A stretch of DNA of 63,347 nucleotides, filler included, from Octopus bimaculoides (lineage: Eukaryota), in NCBI RefSeq assembly GCF_001194135.2. It is 7 parts of 7 records of this genome, joined end to end, with 100 filler letters (N's around TTAATTAATTAA, not from the genome) between each part and the next. Parts side by side here need not be neighbours in the genome. Positions count along the whole stretch, not along the records: positions 53,045 to 55,940 come from NC_068991.1; positions 56,041 to 61,070 come from NC_068996.1; positions 61,171 to 63,347 come from NW_026388650.1; 4 more parts are not named here. One strand, written 5' to 3'. This document shows positions 53,140-63,347 of this stretch, one piece after another. The notes under the pieces are model-generated. The model saw nothing but the letters and a program-made list of their open reading frames with translations, made no database searches and had not been told where the DNA came from. How positions within the stretch are numbered: the stretch's first letter is position 1; each line of letters starts with the position of its first letter. A program made the translations under genes and the position numbers.

Positions 53140-53323
53140 AGGCACGGCTGTATGATAAAACCTTTGCCTCCCAACCGTATGGTTTCGGGTTCAGTCCCGC
53201 TGCGTAGTACCTTGGACAAGTATATTTTACTGTAGCCCAAGTCCAGCCAAAGGCTTATGAGTGGATTTGGTAGACGGACATTGAATGAAACCCACTGTGT
53301 ATGCATGTATGTATGTATGTATG

Positions 53324-53368
<45 letters not shown>

Positions 53369-53565
53369 CTATGTTTGTCCCTCATCACCGCATGATAACA
53401 GGCACTGGTGTGTTTACCTCCTGTGACTTAGCAGCTCGACAAAAACGACCTATAGAATAAGTACCAGGTTTGACTAAAATCCTTCGATCGGGTTATCCCA
53501 GCATGACCGCAGGCTAATGACTGAAACAGGTAAAATATAGTAGATGTATTGCAGGCCTTGGATAC

Positions 53566-53604
<39 letters not shown>

Positions 53605-53762
53605 ATGATGGTCTTCTTTCAGTTTCCGTCTACCAAATCCACTCACAAGGCTTTTGTCGGCCCGAGGCTATAGTAGAAGACAGTTGCCCAAGGTACCACG
53701 CAGTGGGACTGAACCGGAACCACGTGGTTTGTAAGCAAGCTACTTACCACACAGCCACGCCT
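53140..53762. mobile_element. SINE cluster: A-(GT)n-B composite (+, 53140-53540) facing an A copy (-, 53600-53762); A/B composites also at 59200-59610 and 61265-61660 (-); A copies at 25410-25560 and 60110-60260 (-)
   Basis: Shared gagtggatttggtagacggaaactgaaagaagccc (A) and gaccgatagaataagt...cagcatggccgcag (B) blocks. Confidence 0.8.
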
Positions 53763-54327
53763 AAATACTTTTTATATATCTTGTCGTATATTTTATACTT
53801 ATCTCCTTATATTTTAAATACTTTATATTTCTTATTAACTTATTATTCTAAAAACGTATCACATTTTTATGATTTTTATCTCCGTCATACCTTTTATATC
53901 ATTCTGTAAAGAAATATTCTAAACAAATTTTATAAAATTTTAATTTCTTTTATATTTTATATTATTAAATTTATGGATTTATATACTCTCTTATATATTT
54001 GTGTAGCTTCTATAGCTAATAAAGAGTTTATAATTTCTCTTCATAAAACTCACTGTATAATACAATATTATATTTTATATTCGTAATTACACATTATATC
54101 TTATTAATTTTTTTATATCTATATTTGATATTTTTATACATTTGTATGTCCTTTAATATACTTTCCTAGTGCTTGTAATTTATAAATAAGTTTTCTATTA
54201 GGTTTTTTTATATAATTTACTGGATATGATGGGAATCCTTATTTTAGTATATTTTTTAATCATGCAAAATTCATTAAATGTTTACATGTCCAAATCGGTT
54301 TAGGTAATGCTTCCGAATTTACATACA

Positions 54328-54731
54328 TTGTTGTTGTTGTTGGCACTTCGTCGCTTACGACGTCGAGGGTTCCAGTTGATCCGATCAACGGAACAGCCTG
54401 CTCGTGAAATAAACGTGCAAGTGGCTGAGCATTCCACAGACACGTGTACTCTTAACGTAGTACTCTTAACGTAGTACTCGGGGATATTCAGCGTGACGCA
54501 GTGTGACAAGGCTGACCCTTTGAATTACAGGCACATCAGAAACAGGAAGATAGAGTGAGAGAAAGTTGTGGTGAAAGAGTACAGCAGGGTTCGCCACCAT
54601 CCCCTGCCGGAGCCTCGTGGAGCTTTAGGTGTTTTCGCTCAATAAACACTCACAACGCCCGGTCTGGGAGTCGAAACCGCGACCCTATGACCGCAAGTCT
54701 TCTGCCCTAACTACTGGGCCATTGCGCCTCT
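54328..54731 (-). mobile_element. tRNA-derived SINE with (AAC)n tail, copy 2
   Basis: Near-identical to 8643-9022, plus an internal tandem duplication of gtactcttaacgta. Confidence 0.85.
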
Positions 54732-56040
54732 ACTTACATACATTATATATGTTATATAAATTTAGTATACCTCTAATTCAAATACCCCTTATATTTGATA
54801 CCATATTTTACGATATCTTATACTTATCCACCCGTAATGAAGAGAATAGTTCCTGTTATTGCTTTAAAACATACTATGTAATTCTACGCATATAATAATC
54901 TAATTCCGTCATACATTCATTTTAGAATGTCTTTATCATGATCTTCTAAACGCTATGCTTAGGTAAAATCTTAATAGATCTTCTTATATATTAAAGTATC
55001 CCATTAGGCTTTAGGTCTAATTTCTTTCCTTATTCTATATATTGATTTAAATTTTCTCATTTTAATATTATTCTGTCGTGTCTGGAGAGAGTCATTCTGT
55101 TTTAGTGCCTTATAATTTAACACACTCACCGGTAAAATTTCCACTTATTTCTTTTATATTTTTCTAAAACTTTTGTTGCGTCTTGCAGCCTTTTCAATAG
55201 TTTTGACTTTGTTCGTTACTCACAATGCGTTCCTTTTTGTTTGTTTGTGCGCATGTGTGTGGGTTAGTGTGTGTGTGTGTGTGTGTGCCTACACATGTAT
55301 GTATGTATGTATGTATGTATGTATTCTGCATGTTCATGTGTTTGCGTATCCGTGTTTGTGTGTTTTCATGCATGTGTGTGCGCGCGCGAGCGCGAGCGTG
55401 TGTTTGTATATGCGCGTGTACCTCTGTCTTCTTGTGTGTGCATGTCTTCTTGTGTGTTTTGCAACTATGTACTGTGTTTGTATGTATGGATGCGCATCTC
55501 CATATGTGTGAACGTGTGTCTCCATATGTGTCCTTGTGTGAAGTAAAGTGTGTGTGTATATATGGTCATGTGTTTCAGTCCTCATTTGCGTATGTGTGTA
55601 TGTGTGCTTGTCTGTTCATATAACCTATGTACCTATCCGTCTGTATGATGATCTGTTTACTTTCATATCCTTATGCTTATATACATGAGCATATACATAT
55701 ATATATATACAAATAATAAATGAGTATATGCATATATACGTACATGTATGTACATACCTACATCTACCTGTATATATAGATGCATATCTGGTTACAGGAC
55801 GTTGCAAATAAAACAGAAAGAATGAGGAACAGAGTACAGAAAACACACAGGCCACATAGAGAACATTTCCTTCATCAGCTGTCACCATTCAAACACTGGC
55901 GTTTCGAAGAGTTAGGGCATATATATATATATGTATATATNNNNNNNNNNNNNNNNNNNNNNNNNNNNNNNNNNNNNNNNNNNNTTAATTAATTAANNNN
56001 NNNNNNNNNNNNNNNNNNNNNNNNNNNNNNNNNNNNNNNN

Positions 56041-56075
<35 letters not shown>

Positions 56076-56581
56076 GTGTGTGTGGGTGTGTGTATATATG
56101 TATGTATGTATGAATGTTTCTATGTATGTATTTCTGTATGTATATATATATGTATTTATGTACGAATCTTTGTATGTATGGATACTGGGAGGTAGGTTTG
56201 GTCGTGTGCATATGTTAGAGAAAGGGAGAGAGAGAGAGAGAGAGACAGAGAGACAGAGAGAGTAGTTGTTTGTATGATGTCTACTAAGTGTCACTGGGTA
56301 TCCTCATATATAAACACTAGCGCAGAGACATAAATGTCTATATATATGTATGTGTGCGAAACAAAAAGAGAAGCAGAAAGAGAGAGAGAGAGAATTTATA
56401 CTTTACCTCATGTGTTCCACTGTAAGGAAGTATGAAGTATGAGCACGTGTGTGTATGTGTGTGTATGTGTGTGTATGTGTGTGTGTGTGTGTGTTATTAA
56501 CCGGCAGAAGTTACAGTGACTCAAGGGGCGAGAATTTAATAATAATACTTTTGAGCTCTATTTCCCTGTTTGTTTAACCAA

Positions 56582-57085
<504 letters not shown>

Positions 57086-57249
57086 GTGTATGCGTGTGTG
57101 TGTGTGCATGTGTATAAATAAATATATATATATATATATATATACATACACACAAGCATACACACACACACAACCATACACACACACACATATACAAACA
57201 CACACATACACACACATAGTATGATAGATTCATATCAGCTGATTTTACC

Positions 57250-58690
57250 AATTGTTTTCGTATACAAATTATTTAATAACTATAACAATGCTTGTCCAAA
57301 GGTGTCACGGAAAATATCGCGTCAGCCGTCTTGCATCAAAGGAGCCTGTTACCGAATTGAAGTTGATCTCAATCAATGGCCAACATTACATTTTCTTCTT
57401 CCATGTCGTCGTAATCAATGTTTGCCTCACAAGATTCATTTATTTTCACGCGTTCCAGCTGAGATTTTAAAATTATTTGGTTTGCAAATTCTCAGTTAGC
57501 TTTTCACATGTTCTTTTGTGGCGTTTTCATATTTTCGACGACCATGGGTATTCGTACTTTTTCATTGCAGAGTTTGAGTTTATTTTCGTTCTCTGAAAGT
57601 GCCATTTTGACGTGAGACCTCTCGCTATCATTGAAATATTTATTTAAGTTATTTGAGACCTTTATTCTTCGTCGCATAAGGACTCTCCTATCTCCGGGAA
57701 TAATGTTTCTTTGTGTATTGGTTCTTCTCTCTGATGTAAAATTAATACATATGGTTTGCATTATTGACATAAATTCTTTGACTTTCGTGTCATTGTTTGT
57801 ATAGAGAGACTTTCGGGCTAATTTTGTTTCAGACCTCTTTTCGAACCGACATCCAATCACTTTGCAACAGTTCAGATTACATAAGGTTTGGCCGCTTCAT
57901 GTGCAGTGTGCACTTTCGATATTCTTCGAGACATGTTTGTTCTCCAGTGCTACAGTCCGAGAAAATCATTGGCATCACATTTACATTGTGGATGCGTTCT
58001 TGTTGCGAGCGAAGCAAAGCTCCAAGGTATTCTTTCTCTGGTGAGGTACAATATTGGTTGTTCCATGACCATCGTTTTAATGAACTCAAAGAGAGTTTTG
58101 GGTTGGGTCTGTTCTTTGCGTTACATTCCCGAAATTACGTCGCCTTCTGCCTATTTGATATTGAAGAAGTGAAGTCATCAATTAGAAGTGCCTAATATTT
58201 TTGATTTAGTTGCGTTATTATTCTTTTTATTATTCTAAGACTTTCCTTGAATTCAGCCATCGGTACTTGAGGCGTCATGTAGAAGAAATAATGTTCATAC
58301 GACGACATCAAGTTGTTTTAAATGCACTAAGAGCGTGTTACAGATCAAGTTTGAATATGAGAACCGGGTTAGTGGTGTGACACACTTTCACAGGTGTACA
58401 TATCAACTCCACCATAACTTCCTATTTTCTTCTCTTAATGAAGCACAGCATGCTATAGTATGCGAAGCTCCGCATCATTTATGTCTGTAGATAGATGTGC
58501 TTCCGTAGCGCTGAGCATATTACTTGGTTACATGTAGAAAGATCTCGCAAATATGGAGTTTTTTCTATAACTGAGTTGTAGAGGACTTCAGGTGGTCAAC
58601 TGTAGAATTGTGTAGAATTGTCATGATGTTGGACTTGGCATAAATGGTGACCATCATGGAAGTATTATTTCTTTGTTTCTGGATCCTTAC
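57250..58690 (-). mobile_element. Decayed APE-endonuclease LINE, 5' part of ORF2 (CR1/L2/Jockey group; clade not assigned)
   Basis: YLRDLS...TEAHLSTDINDAEL...GSYGGV (TETxL...DAE...R..GGGV APE motif); helical linker ORF 57504-57860. Confidence 0.65.
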
Positions 58691-58869
58691 GTCGGGGTGT
58701 GCATGGCTTATAGATAGACTTGTGTATAATAAATTTGCATGTGTATAATATATATATATATATNNNNNNNNNNNNNNNNNNNNNNNNNNNNNNNNNNNNN
58801 NNNNNNNNNNNNNNNNNNNNNNNNNNNNNNNNNNNNNNNNNNNNNNNNNNNNNNNNNNNNNNNNNNNNN

Positions 58870-58912
<43 letters not shown>

Positions 58913-60076
58913 ATGTGTGTGTGTATATATATATACATAATTATGTATTTATGCGTGTAATTTAATGTGAATCTATGTGTGTGTAGATATATGCGAACAT
59001 GTGGACAAACGAAATAAAATAGTACTCAATACATTAGGTAGAAGTTACATATATTATTTAATAACGGTTTAACTCAACTCCATACGACTAAAACTTTCGT
59101 TGTACAGGGAAATTATCACTTCAGAAGTTCAGAGATTACATGTGTGTGTAATATATATGCTTATGAACATAGTCATATACACGCACATATACACACATAT
59201 ATATATCTTTTATTCTTTTACTTGCTTCAATCATTGGAATGCAGCCATGCTTTCGCCATGCTGCGGCCATGCCGGACCATGCAAAGCCACTGCCTTCAAG
59301 AATTTTTAGTCGAATGAATCGACCCCAGTACTTAAATTATTTTGTTAAAACCTGGTATTTATTTTATCGGATGCTTTTGCCGAACCGCTAAGTAAACACT
59401 CTAACACCGGTTATCAAACACACACACACAAAAACATTCACGCACACATATACATATATACAACAGGCTTCTTTCAGTTTCCGTCTACCAAATCCACTTT
59501 GTTTGGCCCGAGGCTAGAGTAGTAACTACTTGCCCAAGGCGACACGCAGTGCGACTAAACCCGGAACCATGTTATTAGGAACCAAGCGTCGTACCACAAA
59601 GCCACACCTGTGCCTATATATATATATATATNNNNNNNNNNNNNNNNNNNNNNNNNNNNNNNNNNNNNNNNNNNNNNNNNNNNNNNNNNNNNNNNNNNNN
59701 NNNNNNNNNNNNNNNNNNNNNNNNNNNNNNNNNNNNNNNNNNNNNNNNNNNNNNNNNNNNNNNNNNNNNNNNNNNNNNNNNNNNNNNNNNNNNNNNNNNN
59801 NNNNNNNNNNNNNNNNNNNNNNNNNNNNNNNNNNNNNNNNNNNNNNNNNNNNNNNNNNNNNNNNNNNNNNNNNNNNNNNNNNNNNNNNNNNNNNNNNNNN
59901 NNNNNNNNNNNNNNNNNNNNNNNNNNNNNNNNNNNNNNNNNNNNNNNNNNNNNNNNNNNNNNNNNNNNNNNNNNNNNNNNNNNNNNNNNNNNNNNNNNNN
60001 NNNNNNNNNNNNNNNNNNNNNNNNNNNNNNNNNNNNNNNNNNNNNNNNNNNNNNNNNNNNNNNNACACACACACAC

Positions 60077-60112
<36 letters not shown>

Positions 60113-60345
60113 GACAGGCTTATTTCAGCTTCCGTCTACCAAATCCACTCACAACGCTTTGGTCGGCCCGAGGCAATCACTTGTTCAAGGTGCCACGCAG
60201 TACGACTGAACCTAGAACCATGTGGTTGGTAAGCAAGCTACTTACCACGTAGCCACTCCTAATATGTATTACGAATGAAATTAACAGGCAACAAGTGGAT
60301 GTGCACAAGGAATGTATCAGCTTGGCACTCGGTGAAAAGAGAGAG

Positions 60346-60378
60346 TTTGACGTTTCGCGCATAGCTCTTCGTCGGAAA
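60346..60378 (-). ncRNA. Degenerate hammerhead motif, same family as 33940; a more decayed copy at ~60714-60750 (+)
   Basis: UUU-CCGACGA-A-GAGC(UAU)GCGC-GAAAC-GUC^-AAA; U4 changed to C and one stem II mismatch. Confidence 0.6.
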
Positions 60379-61032
60379 TAAAAAAAAAAGGAAGAAGTTC
60401 AAGGAAGGAAAAGAAATCGTCAACAGCATGTGTGTAGTTACATTGCTGCATATGTACATATCTATCTTACGTAGACATATACATATACATATATATATAT
60501 ATGTACGCACATACAGTACACATACATCCAATAGCTTCATACACGCACTTTCAAGCACACACACACACATGTGGATGGCTCAGAGTTCTTCTCCTTTCTA
60601 CTCATATCTAAAGCGACTTCTTTTTATCACTTCCAATTATTTCAGTATGAAATGACCGATCGATAAATGCAGGTAAGTTCCTCTCTTTCTCCATTTTTCT
60701 GTCTTTGTCTATTCTTTTAGAACAAGGGGGTAAGCTCGAAACGTAAAAGACGTTTCCTTCTAATTTATATTTACAGAGCATAAACCTAATACACTTGCTT
60801 TATTCTTTTTTACCGGATTTTCGTATTATTTATACGTTTGCTCTCTCACTTCGTCCCCCATCTCCCCCATCTCTCTCTCTCTCTCTCTCTCTTTGTCTCA
60901 GGCTTCTGGGTAATCATTCAATTGATCTCTTTTGTCGAATCGCTAAGTTATGGAGACGTAGGCAAACTAGCACTGATTTTCAAGCGGTGGGGAGGATAAA
61001 GACAAAAAGACACATAGAAATATACACGCGTT

Positions 61033-61070
<38 letters not shown>

Positions 61071-61170
61071 NNNNNNNNNNNNNNNNNNNNNNNNNNNNNN
61101 NNNNNNNNNNNNNNTTAATTAATTAANNNNNNNNNNNNNNNNNNNNNNNNNNNNNNNNNNNNNNNNNNNN

Positions 61171-61235
<65 letters not shown>

Positions 61236-62676
61236 AATGTATGTTTGTATGTTTACACATATCTTTCGTCTTGTATGTTTTACTTGTTTCAGTCATTAGA
61301 CTGCGGCCATGCTGGGGCAACGCCTCAAGGGAACTTTTAGTCGAATGAATTGACCTCAGTTCTTATTTTTTAAAAGCCTTGAACTTATTCTGTCTTTTTT
61401 GCCGAACTGTTAAATTACGGAAACATAAACAAGCCAACACCGGTTGTCAAGCGGCGGTAGGGGACAACACAAACACAAAACACACACACACACACACATA
61501 TATGACGGGCTTCTTTCAGTTTCCGTGTGCCAAATCCACTCACAACGCTTTGGTTGGTCCGAGGGTATATTAGAACACTCTAGTCCAAGGTGCCACACAG
61601 TGGGACTGAAAACGGAATCATGTAGCTGAGAAGCAAATTTCTTACCACACAGCAACGCCTGATTATTTATTATTTAGTTGAACGCGACGCATCCATTTCC
61701 AAATAAGTTTATCTTCACCTTTTTGATGCGACGCTCTACTCTATACTGTTTTCTTTCTCCATCCTCTAATTCCTTTTTCTCCCCCTCCCTCCTTCACCGT
61801 TTTATATCTGTCTCTCTCTCACCCCTCTTTCTCTTTTTTTTTTCTCTCTCTCTCTCGTTGCTCACACGTGACCATCGTCCATCTTTCTTTTCCTACACGG
61901 ACGTTTAAAATAACGGACGTGTTTTTCGCTCTCTCTCTCTCTTCTATCTTTTCACTATTTTCCTCTCGTTCTGATCTAACAACCCTCTATGTTTGTTTTC
62001 GTTCAGTTTCCTTGTATGCCCCCACTGTCATGTTTTTGTTCCCAATTTTGACCCTCAATAAATCCTAAATTTTATTTTAGAATTTATGGGAGCAACTGTT
62101 TTTGAAGATTCATATTGTCGTCGAATGCTTGAAATGAGGAGTATATAGACAACCGACAACTGATGAAGGGTCCTTCCTCTGTGTTTACTTATCCTGTTTT
62201 CCATTCCTTTTCTCGTTGTTTACGTATTTCATGTTACTTGCACCGTCGGTGACGTCTTGTACCAATATATGTATGTGTAATTTGCTTATTTTGTAACTAA
62301 AATGACAAAAACCACAATATACAGATGCTTATGACATACCATGCCATATTAACAATTAAGGTTACACATATAAAGTACATTTAGCAATTAGTTATTAATA
62401 CTCTAATAGTAATAATAATAATGATAGAGTATTAATAACTCCTCTGGAAATAACTTCCACATAGACCCATCCACCACATACAGAACTGGCACGCACGCAC
62501 CCAGCAAATTTTTTAAATATAAACAGCTTTCAAAACGCAACGAATAACGTTGGTGCCGGGGACCATGTACGTATGGGAATATTTGTGTATACATANNNNN
62601 NNNNNNNNNNNNNNNNNNNNNNNNNNNNNNNNNNNNNNNNNNNNNNNNNNNNNNNNNNNNNNNNNNNNNNNNNNNN

Positions 62677-62727
<51 letters not shown>

Positions 62728-63028
62728 TTCCCCTTCACATGTGGTGGCAGTGACTGTTGACGTACATTTGGACACACATATGTACTCATCTATATATACT
62801 TTTGTATCCATAGATATCTACGTATGGTTATGTACACAGGCACAAACATGTGTATTGGAGTGTCTAAAACTATTTATATGGTCTTATATACTGTTTGTAG
62901 GCTTTTATGTGCCTTATATTGTTATATTTTCATTTTTCATTTATTTTTATTTTTATTTTTACTTTATTCTTATTTTTATTTCTATTTTTATTTTTATTTT
63001 TTATCTTATATTTGTATTGAATTTTTGT

Positions 63029-63164
63029 GAATCTCTGAAGAGGCCTAGCGAATCATGCATGTACCCCCATTACATCATTTTCATCTGCTGATTACTCCGA
63101 CACACAGGAGCTATAGGGATAGAATGGAGCATGCCAACCCTAGGCCGAAACAGCTGTAAGTTTC
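63029..63164 (+). ncRNA. Type I hammerhead ribozyme with intact core and 91-nt loop II
   Basis: GAAUCU-CUGAAGA-GGCCUAG-[91 nt]-CUAGGCC-GAAA-CAGCUG-UA^-AGUUUC; predicted cleavage after 63158. Confidence 0.75.
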
Positions 63165-63347
63165 TGTATATTCTCCAATTGCTAAATGTACTTTATATAA
63201 TTGTTAATATGGCATGGTATGTCATAAGCATCTTTATATTGTGGTTTTTGTCATTTTAGTTAGAAAATAAACAAATTAATTCAATGGAATACATTGTCTG
63301 CATATTCTCCTCCATTTTCTTATTGCTATATAAATTTAGGGTAAAAT

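Noticed and set aside
55865-55915. GAAACGCCAG...CTGATGAAG (minus strand; similar at ~62130-62175 on plus) as a permuted hammerhead
   Set aside because: Stem I does not pair and U16.1 is replaced; only isolated core words are present.

Overview
AT-rich, repeat-dense animal DNA. The SINE families and microsatellite load look like an octopus (coleoid cephalopod) draft assembly; this is inference, not a database match. Six artificial N-padded TTAATTAATTAA linkers (7168, 38709, 49083, 52989, 55985, 61115) split the window into at least 7 joined pieces, so adjacency across them is not evidence. I can support two host genes, both as spliced exons mostly missed by the ORF track and both in segment 7180-38708. 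One is the last coding exon of ADAT3 (+, 12540-12714). The other is three consecutive, phase-compatible exons of a 4-coumarate-CoA-ligase/firefly-luciferase-like acyl-CoA synthetase (-, 37925-38037, 32061-32263, 30836-31001), whose N- and C-terminal exons I could not find. The rest is mobile DNA: Penelope-like (RT + GIY-YIG) elements, R4/Dong-type, RTE and APE-type LINEs, modular SINEs, mariner/Tc1, piggyBac/hAT-type MITEs, Helitron remnants and microsatellites. The most interesting non-annotated signals are a hammerhead ribozyme with an intact core and a 91-nt loop II (63029-63164) plus several degenerate relatives, a Penelope lineage with a ~150-aa Ser/Thr/Asn-rich segment inside the GIY-YIG motif, and several long fold-back structures in or near host introns. 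I see no clear evidence for a wholly new multi-gene system.
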